From Planctomycetota bacterium (GTDB lineage Bacteria > Planctomycetota > Phycisphaerae > Phycisphaerales > UBA1924), in NCBI GenBank assembly GCA_018242645.1, contig JAFEBN010000001.1:1-60824 (forward strand): 60,824 nucleotides of DNA, given 5' to 3'. This document shows positions 17,569-26,650 of this stretch, one piece after another (positions within the stretch are counted from its first letter, which is position 1; each line of letters starts with the position of its first letter). Below the pieces are notes generated by a model. That model saw only the letters and a program-made list of their open reading frames with translations, ran no database searches and was not told the origin of the DNA. A program made the translations under genes and the position numbers.

Positions 17569-18360
17569 TCAGTTCGTCGCGGTGAATGTGAATGACGAGA
17601 GCGGAGCATTGTTCGAAAGACTCGAGACGTCCGCGACCCACTGGCTGTCCGACAGGAAGCGGATCACCACGCGCCGTTCCGCGGACGGGGCAATCTCGTT
17701 GAACGTCAGGACGTTTCCGTCGGACGACAGGCTGCCCTGAAACGTCATCGGCGATGGCGCCGTGTCGAAGTGGCCGTTCATGGTCATGCCCCGGCCGGGT
17801 TCGGAGGCGAACACGATATTGCCGTTGCTGGTCGCGCCGTTCTGATCCGCCCGCATGGACGTGGTGAGCCGGATGAAGAATGAGTTCTCGACCGAGCCGG
17901 TCGCCGTGCCGGAAACCAGGCGGCGCTGGCCCTCGATCGTCTCCCACCCTTGCACCTGCCACGAGCGTGCAAACCGAGCCAGTGTGAGCCGGTCCCGATC
18001 GGCCTGCGAAAGCGACGCGCTCGCTCCGGAAGGCGAATTCCCCGGCACCGCATTCCCCTGCCCCGGCTGACCCGCCGACGAACGTTCCGACGCACGCCGG
18101 TTCTGATCGCCCAGCACCGCACCGCCGACACCGCCGGCGACCGCGCCGATGACGGCACCCTTGCCGGCGTTTCCTGAAAGCGAACCAATGGCCAGTCCCG
18201 ACAGAGCGCCGATGCCGGCACCGGAGGCTCCGCCTTGCACGGCGTTGTTGCATCCGCCCACCAGAGATGAAACGAATACGCCGAGAGCCAACGGAAGGCA
18301 TACGGCGCGAGTGGCCGCCGGGCGAACTTTGCGTAGATCAGATCGGCTCATGTTTTTCAT
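17569..18360 (-). CDS. Lipoprotein with glycine-zipper segment and C-terminal beta-rich domain
   Basis: Lipobox SLVGGC. Gly-zipper repeat GASGAGIGALSGLAIGSLSGNAGKGAVIGAVAGGVGGAVLG. The C-terminal ~140 aa (WQVQGWETIEGQRRLVSGTATG...) is unassigned. Confidence 0.7.
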   Translation of the reverse strand: MKNMSRSDLRKVRPAATRAVCLPLALGVFVSSLVGGCNNAVQGGASGAGIGALSGLAIGSLSGNAGKGAVIGAVAGGVGGAVLGDQNRRASERSSAGQPGQGNAVPGNSPSGASASLSQADRDRLTLARFARSWQVQGWETIEGQRRLVSGTATGSVENSFFIRLTTSMRADQNGATSNGNIVFASEPGRGMTMNGHFDTAPSPMTFQGSLSSDGNVLTFNEIAPSAERRVVIRFLSDSQWVADVSSLSNNAPLSSFTFTATN

Positions 18361-18503
18361 CTCCAGTGAGCGGAGTATACAGGGCGATGCAATCTCCGTG
18401 ATTCGGACTTCACATCACGCTGCGCGGTTGTATCCTTTCCATCGCGCCGCAACGGCGCGGATGCGTCCCGTCAGAATCCGGGTTCTTCGTGCCGGGAGTT
18501 TTC

Positions 18504-19784
18504 ATGGACCGTGAATGGGCTTGGCGGTGGAGTGGTCGGCTTGCGCTCGCGGGCTTGCTGTTGATCGCGGGGGGGTGTCGGGAACAGCAGGGGGCGGGGA
18601 ATACCAAAGTTCGACCGGTGAAAACCGAGCTTGTCGGAAGCAGCGGTCGCGGCGCGGCACGGACCCTTCTGGGCCGAGCGGAAGCGGCACGCGAGGCCGA
18701 ACTGGCCTTTCAGGTGCCCGGGCTGCTCGCCCTGTTGCCGGTCAAAGCCGGCGACAAAGTCGCAAAGGGCGATGTGATCGCCGAGCTGCGCACGGATGAG
18801 TACCAAGCTCGCTTGGCGTCGCTCAAGGGCCAGTTGGAGGGCGCCCGCATCGTTTTGCGGGCCCTGCGCGAGGGAGAACGCCCGGAAGAGCGTTTGCGAC
18901 TTGACACGCGCGTGCGTGCCGCGCAGGCCAAAGTCGAGAACGCGAAGGCCCAGTTTGATCGATACGCCGAATTGATCAAGAGCAACGCGATCGCGCTAAA
19001 GGAATACGAAATCGGCGAAACCAACTACCGGGTGGCGCAGGAAGAGCTCAAGGCCGCGATCCAGACGCGAGAGATGAGCCAGGTTGCGCGGCAGGAAGAC
19101 ATCGAGGCCAAGGAAGCCGAAGTTGCCGGGCTTGAGGGCCGCGTCCGCGAAGCGACTATCCAGCTTGAAGACTGCACGTTGCGAGCGCCGTTCGATGGCG
19201 TGATCGCCCGGCGCTTTGTCGAGGCCAACCAGAGCATCAACGCCCGCCAGCCGATCGTGCGGCTGCAGTCTGCCGGTGATATCTACGTCGGGGTCGATGT
19301 GCCGGAGGCGATCATGGCTTCCAATATCCGCAGCGCAAATATTGCGCAGATGACCGCGGAATTCCCCGCCGCCCCGGCCAAGCAGTTCCCGGTGCAAATC
19401 GCGGAAGTCCAGCAGGTTGCGGATCCGGCCACGCAGACCTTCCACGTGCTGTTCACGGTCAAGGCTCCGCCCGAGTTGATGCTGCTGCCGGGTATGACCG
19501 CCAAGGTCCAGATGCCCGATTCGATCGCGGCGGGGGCCAAGGCGACGATCCCGGTTTCGGCGCTCTATCGCGAAGGAGCCGGCGAGACTGTTGTGTGGGT
19601 GATCGGCCAGGACCTGACCGCCCGACGCCGCCCGGTGAAGACCGGCGAGGCGATGGGCGAACGGATCGTCATTCTGGAAGGCGTCAAGGAAGGCGACCGG
19701 ATCGCGGTCGCCGGCGTTTCGTTCCTGAGCGATGGCCAGAAGGTCCGCGACCTTGGCAACGCGCTCGGAGGCGACAGCAAATGA
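18504..19784 (+). CDS. RND efflux periplasmic adaptor (membrane fusion protein), lipoprotein
   Basis: Lipobox LLLIAGGC. Lipoyl/hairpin/beta-barrel pattern (VKAGDKVAKGDVIAEL..., coiled-coil hairpin, TLRAPFDGVIARRFV). Its stop overlaps the RND pump start (ATGA at 19781-19784). Confidence 0.88.
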   Translation: MDREWAWRWSGRLALAGLLLIAGGCREQQGAGNTKVRPVKTELVGSSGRGAARTLLGRAEAAREAELAFQVPGLLALLPVKAGDKVAKGDVIAELRTDEYQARLASLKGQLEGARIVLRALREGERPEERLRLDTRVRAAQAKVENAKAQFDRYAELIKSNAIALKEYEIGETNYRVAQEELKAAIQTREMSQVARQEDIEAKEAEVAGLEGRVREATIQLEDCTLRAPFDGVIARRFVEANQSINARQPIVRLQSAGDIYVGVDVPEAIMASNIRSANIAQMTAEFPAAPAKQFPVQIAEVQQVADPATQTFHVLFTVKAPPELMLLPGMTAKVQMPDSIAAGAKATIPVSALYREGAGETVVWVIGQDLTARRRPVKTGEAMGERIVILEGVKEGDRIAVAGVSFLSDGQKVRDLGNALGGDSK

Positions 19785-22700
19785 ACGCAGGTGAATTCAG
19801 CGTTCGCAATAAGCGCGTCAGCTTCGCGGCCATGTTCCTGCTGCTGCTTGGCGGCATCATGGGTTATCGCAATCTCGGCCGGCTCGAAGACCCGGAATTC
19901 ACCATCAAGGAAGCGCTCATCATCACGCCCTATCCGGGCGCGAGCGCCGAAGAAGTCGCGGCCGAGGTGACCAATCCGATCGAGATCGCCTGCCAGCAAC
20001 TGGGGCAGCTCGAGCGGGTGGAATCGGAGTCGTCGCGGGGCAGATCGGTCGTCCGCGCGGTGATCCGCGATCAGTTCGACCGGCACCGCATCCCGCAGGT
20101 GTGGGACGAACTGCGCCGGAAGATCGCGGATGCGCAGCCGCAGCTTCCGCCGTCGGTGCGCGGGCAGTCGATGGTGGTTGATGATTTCGGCGACGTGTAC
20201 GGCGTGTTCCTGGCGATCACGGGCGAGGGGTACACCTATCCGGAACTGCGTCGTTACGCGGAATCGCTCCGGCGCGGGCTCACGCTGGTGAATGACGTCA
20301 AGAAGGTCGAGCTCTTCGGCGAGCAGCAGGAAGTGGTCTTTCTCGAGATTTCGCGGGCGCGCCTGGCCCAGCTGGGAATCAGCGAAGACCAGATCCACGC
20401 TCAGCTGCAGGCCAAGAACGTCGTCGCCGACAGCGGGCGCGTCAGGGTGGGTGAACGCTTTCTGGCCATCGAACCCAGCGGCGGGTTCGACTCGTCGGAA
20501 GACATGATGGGCCTGGTCATCGGGTCGGATCGCTCGGGCAAACAGCTCTTCCTGCGGGACGTGGCGACGATTCAACGCGGCTACCAGGACCCGCCGCGGC
20601 GGATCCTGCGGTTTGACGGCAAGCCCGCGGTGGGGATCGGCATCTCGACCGTGCAGGGCGGCAACGTCGTGACAATGGGCAAGGGTGTGCGGGCGTTCCT
20701 CGAATCGCAGAAGGGCGATCAGCCGCTGGGCATCGAGATCGGGGAGATCAACTTCCAGCCCGAGGCGGTAACGGTCGCGACCGACGCGTTCGTGTTCAAC
20801 CTGGTGAAGGCCGTCACGATCGTGTTCGTGGTTCTGCTGATCGCGATGGGCTTCCGCGCGGGCATGATCATCGGACTGATCCTGCTGCTGACGATTCTGG
20901 CGACCATCCTTTTCATGTACTTCAGCGACATCCTGATGGAGCGCATCTCGCTGGGCGCGTTCATCATCGCGCTGTGCATGCTGACCGACAACGCCATCGT
21001 GGTGACGGAGAGCATCAAGGTCCGCGTCGAAAAAGGCGAGGACAAGATGGAGGTCATCCGCGACGCTGTCGCCCAGAACCAGTGGCCGCTGCTGGGCGCG
21101 ACCGCGATCGCCGTGATCGCGTTTGCGGCGATCGGCCTGTCGGACGACAGCACCGGCGAGTACTGCAACTCGCTCTTCTGGGTGATCTTCATCTCGCTGG
21201 CCCTGAGCTGGGTGACCGCGATCACGTTCACGCCGCTGCTCTGCTATATGTTCTTCAAGCCCGACAAAGAAGCCGCGGAGCGCGATCCGTACGCCGCGGC
21301 CCCGTTCCGTGTTTACCGGGCGATGCTGGTCGGCGCCCTGCGCTTCCGCTGGGCGACGCTGATCACGATTCTCGTGATGTTTGCCGCGGCGGTGTACGGC
21401 TTCGGGCACGTGAAGCAGAACTTTTTCCCGCCCGCGACCCGTCCCCAGTTCCTTGTCGATGCCTATCTCCCGTCGGGGACCCACATCCGCGATTCCGAGA
21501 AGTTTGCCGCCGAGGTCGAGAAGTACCTGAAGACGCAGGACGGCGTGCGGCATGTTTCGTCGTTTGTCGGGAGCGGCGGACTTCGCTTCCTGCTGGTGTA
21601 TTCGCCCGAATCGCCGAATAGCGCGTACGTGCAGTTTCTGGTGAACGTGGACGACGAGAACAAGATCGCGGGGCTAGTCGCGAAAGTGCAGGAGCACATG
21701 GACGCGTCCTACCCGGACGCGAACGTGATGGCCAAGAAATTCCTGCTCGGCCCGGGCGCGGGAGGCCGCGTGCAGGTGCGCCTCAGCGGCCCCGACAGCA
21801 ACGTGCTGCGGACGCTCTCGCGCAAGGTGCGCGACGTGTTCACATCTGACGGGGGCGCACTGTGCATCCGCGACGACTGGGCGGAACAGCAGTACACCAT
21901 CCGCCCGAAACTGCTGGAACTGCAGGCGCGCCGGAGCGGCATCACCCGCGTTGATGTCGCGAACGCGCTCGCTTCGGGCACCGAAGGCCGGATCGTCGGT
22001 TTCTATCGCGAGCCCGCCGGCAGCGGCGGCGGCCTGCATCCGCAGGAAACCCGCCTTCTTCCCATCATCGCCCGCGCACCGGAGGACGAGCGCTGCGGCG
22101 TCGATGCCATCCGCAACCTGCAAGTCTGGAGCCCGGTCGCCGGACGGATGATCCCGCTCTCCCAGGTCACGGCCGGTTCGGCCGCGGCGTGGGAAGACCC
22201 GCTCATCATGCGGCGCGACCGCTTCCCGACCATCACGGTGCACGCGGATCCCGCGTACGGCCTTCCAAGCCAGCTCTTCGGGCGCGTTCGTTCGCAGATC
22301 GAAGCGATCGAGTTGCCGCCGGGCTACAAGCTGGAATGGGGCGGGGAGTATGAAGACTCGGGTCGCGCGCGGCGCGCGTTGGCCGAGCCGCTGCCGATGG
22401 CGCTGGTGGCGATGATCTTCATCGTGGTCATGCTGTTCAACTCGATCCGCACCACGGCGGTGATCTGCCTCGCCGTGCCGCTGGCCATCATCGGCGTGAC
22501 CGGGGGTTTGCTGCTGACCAACTCCGCCTTCGGTTTCATGGCGCTGCTGGGTGCGATCGCGCTGGCGGGCGAGCAGATCAAGAACTCCATCGTGCTGGTC
22601 GACGAATTCCGTACGCAGATGACCGACTACGGCAAACCCAAGTATCAGGCCGTGGTGGACGGCAGCGTCAGCCGCCTGCGCCCCGTGATGCTGGTCGCCA

Positions 22701-22894
22701 TCACCACGGTGCTTGGCATGATCCCCCTGCTGCAGGATCCGTTCTTCTCGGCGATGGCGGTCACCATCATGTTCGGGCTGGCCTTCGCCTGCGTGCTCAC
22801 CATGATCGTGGTCCCGGTGCTGTTTGTGATCTTCTACAACATCCACGACCGGGGCGAGGAACCCGCGCCGGCCGCGGCACCCGTTCCGGCCTGA
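19781..22894 (+). CDS. RND family efflux transporter, inner-membrane pump (AcrB/HAE-type)
   Basis: 1037 aa. N-terminus MNAGEFSVRNKRVSFAAMFLLLLGGIMGY..LGRLEDPEFTIK, two large periplasmic loops and a 12-TM pattern; conserved AcrB-like blocks throughout. Confidence 0.92.
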   Translation: MNAGEFSVRNKRVSFAAMFLLLLGGIMGYRNLGRLEDPEFTIKEALIITPYPGASAEEVAAEVTNPIEIACQQLGQLERVESESSRGRSVVRAVIRDQFDRHRIPQVWDELRRKIADAQPQLPPSVRGQSMVVDDFGDVYGVFLAITGEGYTYPELRRYAESLRRGLTLVNDVKKVELFGEQQEVVFLEISRARLAQLGISEDQIHAQLQAKNVVADSGRVRVGERFLAIEPSGGFDSSEDMMGLVIGSDRSGKQLFLRDVATIQRGYQDPPRRILRFDGKPAVGIGISTVQGGNVVTMGKGVRAFLESQKGDQPLGIEIGEINFQPEAVTVATDAFVFNLVKAVTIVFVVLLIAMGFRAGMIIGLILLLTILATILFMYFSDILMERISLGAFIIALCMLTDNAIVVTESIKVRVEKGEDKMEVIRDAVAQNQWPLLGATAIAVIAFAAIGLSDDSTGEYCNSLFWVIFISLALSWVTAITFTPLLCYMFFKPDKEAAERDPYAAAPFRVYRAMLVGALRFRWATLITILVMFAAAVYGFGHVKQNFFPPATRPQFLVDAYLPSGTHIRDSEKFAAEVEKYLKTQDGVRHVSSFVGSGGLRFLLVYSPESPNSAYVQFLVNVDDENKIAGLVAKVQEHMDASYPDANVMAKKFLLGPGAGGRVQVRLSGPDSNVLRTLSRKVRDVFTSDGGALCIRDDWAEQQYTIRPKLLELQARRSGITRVDVANALASGTEGRIVGFYREPAGSGGGLHPQETRLLPIIARAPEDERCGVDAIRNLQVWSPVAGRMIPLSQVTAGSAAAWEDPLIMRRDRFPTITVHADPAYGLPSQLFGRVRSQIEAIELPPGYKLEWGGEYEDSGRARRALAEPLPMALVAMIFIVVMLFNSIRTTAVICLAVPLAIIGVTGGLLLTNSAFGFMALLGAIALAGEQIKNSIVLVDEFRTQMTDYGKPKYQAVVDGSVSRLRPVMLVAITTVLGMIPLLQDPFFSAMAVTIMFGLAFACVLTMIVVPVLFVIFYNIHDRGEEPAPAAAPVPA

Positions 22895-22958
22895 TCACAC
22901 CGCTTGCTCTCCAAGACCTTTTCGCATCTCACGCACAGTTCGATAAACGGAGGAAACA

Positions 22959-23963
22959 ATGTTCATTCGCATCCCGGTCGATGAACATGTCGCGCGCCAG
23001 GCGGTTTCCACGGGCCGGCTGCCCGGGGCCGACCGCGTGGGCACACTCGTGCGCGAGGCCTACGAGCGCTTCAAGGACAACGACGACGGCAAGGTCGCGG
23101 ATTACATCCCGGCGCTCGCCAAGGTCTCCCGCAAGCTCTTCGGTGTCTGCGTGGCGGACGTTTCCGGCGCCGTGTACGAAGCCGGCGACACGGCCCACGA
23201 GTTCTCGATCCAGAGCGTCTCCAAGCCCTTTGTGTTCGCGCTGGTTTGCCAGGCCCACGGCACCGAGGAAGCACGCAAGCGCCTAGGGGTGAATGCGACG
23301 GGCCTGCCCTTCAACTCGGTGATGGCGATCGAACTGAACAAGGACCGCACCATGAACCCCATGGTCAACGCGGGCGCCATCGCCACGACCAGCCTCGTGC
23401 CCGGCGACACGGCGGAGGCTAAGTGGAAGTTCATCCAGGACGGGCTTTCCAAGTTCGCCGGCCGGACGCTTTCACTCAACAAAGAGGTCTATGAGTCCGA
23501 GGCCGCCACGAACCTGCGAAACCGGGGCATTTCCAAGCTGCTGGAGGGCTACGGGCGCATGTACTTCGATGCGCTGCAGTCAACCGACGTCTACACCCGC
23601 CAGTGCTCGCTCAACGTCAACGCGAAAGACCTGGCCGTGATGGGCGCCACGCTCGCCGATGGCGGCGTCAACCCCATCACCAAGCAGCGTGTGATCGACG
23701 CCTCGATCTGCAAGCGCGTGCTCGCCGTGCTCGCCACGGCGGGCCTCTACGAGCTTTCCGGCGACTGGCTCTATGAAATCGGGCTCCCGGGCAAGAGCGG
23801 CGTCGGCGGCGGCATCTTCACCGTCGCCCCGGGCAAGGGGGCGCTGGGCACCTTCGCGCCGGCGCTCGACGAAGCCGGCAACAGCATCAAGGGCCAGAGC
23901 GTCGCGGAGTACCTCTCCGAGCGTCTGGGCCTCAATCTCTTCGCGTCACGTCCCAACGAGTAA
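22959..23963 (+). CDS. glsA: Glutaminase A
   Basis: GKVADYIPALAKV and FSIQSVSKPFVFAL (Ser-x-x-Lys) plus MVNAGAI and GKSGVGGGI blocks typical of the glutaminase family. GGAGGA lies 5 nt upstream of the ATG. Confidence 0.92.
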   Translation: MFIRIPVDEHVARQAVSTGRLPGADRVGTLVREAYERFKDNDDGKVADYIPALAKVSRKLFGVCVADVSGAVYEAGDTAHEFSIQSVSKPFVFALVCQAHGTEEARKRLGVNATGLPFNSVMAIELNKDRTMNPMVNAGAIATTSLVPGDTAEAKWKFIQDGLSKFAGRTLSLNKEVYESEAATNLRNRGISKLLEGYGRMYFDALQSTDVYTRQCSLNVNAKDLAVMGATLADGGVNPITKQRVIDASICKRVLAVLATAGLYELSGDWLYEIGLPGKSGVGGGIFTVAPGKGALGTFAPALDEAGNSIKGQSVAEYLSERLGLNLFASRPNE

Positions 23964-23997
23964 CACCCGCACTCCGCGACCGCTTCCGGGAATCATC

Positions 23998-25614
23998 ATG
24001 AGCAACTCCAATCAAGCGTCCGCCCTCGACGACAGCATCCGGGCATCATGGATTCCGATGGTCGTCATCGCCATGGGCCAGGCGCTCATGTCGTTCAATG
24101 TCGCCGCCATCCCTATCTCGATGGGCGGCATGGTGGAAGACTTTGGCACGCCCCCCACCACCGTCGGCACGGCGATCGTGATGTACTCGCTCGGCGTCTC
24201 CGGCTTTGTCATGCTGGGCGCGAAGCTCGGCCAGCGGTTCGGGTCCAAGATCTTCTTCCAGGTCGCCACCGCGCTCTTCCTGATCGCCATGATTCTGATG
24301 GTGATCAGCCCGCAGGCCTGGGTGATGCTCGCGGCGCAGGCGCTCGCGGGTTTCGCCGGGGCGTCGCTCGTCCCGTCGCTGGTCGCGCTGATCGCCAACC
24401 ACTACACGGGCAAGCAGCAGGCCGAGGCGGTCGGCTGGCTCGGCTCCGCCCGTGCGATCGCGGGGGTGCTCGCATTCATCATCGTCGGATACCTCGCCAC
24501 CATCAACTGGCGCATGGGTTTCGGCCTGCTCATCGTCCACGCGGCGCTCATCCTCATCCTGAGTTTCAAGCTCAAGCCCGCGGCGCCCCGCCCGGACGTC
24601 AAGATCGATGCCGTCGGCGTGGTGCTCTCGGCCGTTGGCATCATCTGCATCGCGTTCGGATTCAACAACGTCCGGGCCTGGGGCCTGCTGCTCGCCCGCC
24701 CCGCGGCACCCTTCGACGTGCTCGGCGTCTCGCCGGCGCCGATGCTCATCGGTCTGGGCATCATCGTCGTCACCGGGTTCTTCCTCTGGTCGAGCCGCAA
24801 AGCGCAGTCCGGCGGCACGCCCCTGCTGGCGCTGCAGGTTGTCAGTTCGCCTCGCGAGTGGGCCACCGTGGTCGCGCTGTTCATCATCGTGGCGATGGAG
24901 GGTGCGATCAATTTCGCGGTTCCGCTGTACATCCAGATCGTGCAGGGGCGCAGCAGCATCGCCTCCTCGATCGCGATGATGCCCTTCATGCTCACCGTGT
25001 TCTTCACGGCCATCCTGATCGTGAAGCTCTACTCCAAGTTCCCGCCGCGCACGATCGCCCGCTGGTCGTTCGTGCTGGTCGCGATCGGCACCTCCTGGCT
25101 CGCGTTCGTGGTCCGCAGCGAATGGGGAACGCCGCCGGTCATCGCGGGCCTCATCATTGTGGGCCTCGGCCAGGGCGCGCTGGTGACGCTGCTCTTCAAC
25201 GTGCTTGTCACCGCGGCCCCCAAGGAACTCGCGGGCGATGTCGGATCGCTCCGGGGCGTCACGCAAAACCTCGCGGCGGCCATCGGCACCGCCATGGTCG
25301 GCACGATCCTCGTCGGCCTGCTCAGCAGCATGATCATCCGCGAGGCCATGAACAACCCGATCATCACCGCGGAGCTGCGCGATCAGGTCAACCTGACCAA
25401 CCTCAACTTCATGCGCGACACCGCGATCACCGACATCCTGAAAGCCACCACCGCGACGACGGAGCAGATGACCGAGGCGCTCCGCATCAACGGCGAGGCA
25501 CGCATCCGCGCCCTCAAGATCGGCTTCCTGCTCATGTCGGGCTTGTCGCTCCTGGCGATCCTGCCCTGCTCGTGGCTGCCCGGGTATCTCAATAGCGGAA
25601 ACAAGAAGGCCTGA
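23998..25614 (+). CDS. MFS transporter (14-TM DHA2/EmrB-like topology)
   Basis: 538 aa and highly hydrophobic, with about 14 predicted helices; N-terminal half shows typical MFS helix spacing. Start at ATG 23998. Confidence 0.8.
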   Translation: MSNSNQASALDDSIRASWIPMVVIAMGQALMSFNVAAIPISMGGMVEDFGTPPTTVGTAIVMYSLGVSGFVMLGAKLGQRFGSKIFFQVATALFLIAMILMVISPQAWVMLAAQALAGFAGASLVPSLVALIANHYTGKQQAEAVGWLGSARAIAGVLAFIIVGYLATINWRMGFGLLIVHAALILILSFKLKPAAPRPDVKIDAVGVVLSAVGIICIAFGFNNVRAWGLLLARPAAPFDVLGVSPAPMLIGLGIIVVTGFFLWSSRKAQSGGTPLLALQVVSSPREWATVVALFIIVAMEGAINFAVPLYIQIVQGRSSIASSIAMMPFMLTVFFTAILIVKLYSKFPPRTIARWSFVLVAIGTSWLAFVVRSEWGTPPVIAGLIIVGLGQGALVTLLFNVLVTAAPKELAGDVGSLRGVTQNLAAAIGTAMVGTILVGLLSSMIIREAMNNPIITAELRDQVNLTNLNFMRDTAITDILKATTATTEQMTEALRINGEARIRALKIGFLLMSGLSLLAILPCSWLPGYLNSGNKKA

Positions 25615-25648
25615 GTCTCCTTTTCAACTCCGAGAAAGCGACCGCTGT

Positions 25649-26626
25649 ATGGCTCTTCCACGCTTGCTGTTTCTGTCTCTGGGCGGCACGATCACAATGG
25701 TGCCGTCGGAATCCGGCGGCATCGCGCCCAAGCTGGGCGCTGCAGAACTGGTCGCATCCGTCCCTGCGCTCAAAGACGTGGGCGACATCGAGGCACATTC
25801 ACCCTTCAAGCTGCCCAGCCCTTCGCTGACCCAAGCCAACCTGGTCGAGGTTGCCGATCGCTTGAACAAGGCGTTCGCCTCGGGCATCGACGGCGCCGTG
25901 GTCATCCAGGGCACCGACACCATCGAGGAGTCCGCCTTTCTGCTCGATCTGCTCGTCGGGGGCGACAAGCCGGTGGTCGTCACCGGCGCCATGCGCGGGG
26001 CCGATGCACCCGGCGCCGATGGCCCGGCCAACCTGCTGGCGGCGGCACGTGTCGCGGCCTCGCCGGCATCACGAGGCATGGGCGTGCTGGCTGTCCTCAA
26101 CTACGACATCCACGCGGCGCGATTCGTGCAAAAGTCGCACACCGCGCTCCCATCCGCCTTTCTCTCGCCGCTAGTCGGACCTTTGGGCGTCGTCGCCGAG
26201 GGAAAGCCACTCTTTTATTGCAGAGTGACACGCAACCCCACGCTCCCGCTGGACCCCGGTCCGCCTCCGCCCGTTGCGCTCATCAAGATCCCCATGGGCG
26301 ATGACGGGCGGCTGCTGAGGGACATCGCCAAACTGGGCTACGCCGGAGCCGTGATCGAAGGGATGGGCGCCGGCCACGTCCACGCGGATGTGGCTCCCAT
26401 CCTGGGCGAGCTTGCAACGAAGATCCCCGTCGTGCTTTCTTCGCGCTCGATGACGGGACCCGTATTCACCTCGACCTATGGCTATCCCGGCGCGGAGATC
26501 GACCTGATCAAGCGCGGGCTGACTCCCTCGGGCTACCTCTCGGGGCTCAAGGCGCGGCTCCTGCTGGGTTTGGCCGTTCGCCAGGGCACCAAGAAGATCG
26601 CCGAAGCCTTCGCCCCTTACCAGTAA
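25649..26626 (+). CDS. L-asparaginase (asparaginase/glutaminase family, cytoplasmic type)
   Basis: Active-site blocks FLSLGGTITM (Thr nucleophile), VVIQGTDTIEESAF and KPVVVTGAMR. No signal peptide. Confidence 0.85.
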   Translation: MALPRLLFLSLGGTITMVPSESGGIAPKLGAAELVASVPALKDVGDIEAHSPFKLPSPSLTQANLVEVADRLNKAFASGIDGAVVIQGTDTIEESAFLLDLLVGGDKPVVVTGAMRGADAPGADGPANLLAAARVAASPASRGMGVLAVLNYDIHAARFVQKSHTALPSAFLSPLVGPLGVVAEGKPLFYCRVTRNPTLPLDPGPPPPVALIKIPMGDDGRLLRDIAKLGYAGAVIEGMGAGHVHADVAPILGELATKIPVVLSSRSMTGPVFTSTYGYPGAEIDLIKRGLTPSGYLSGLKARLLLGLAVRQGTKKIAEAFAPYQ

Positions 26627-26650
26627 TCGTCCGCTTTCCGGAGTTTCCGC

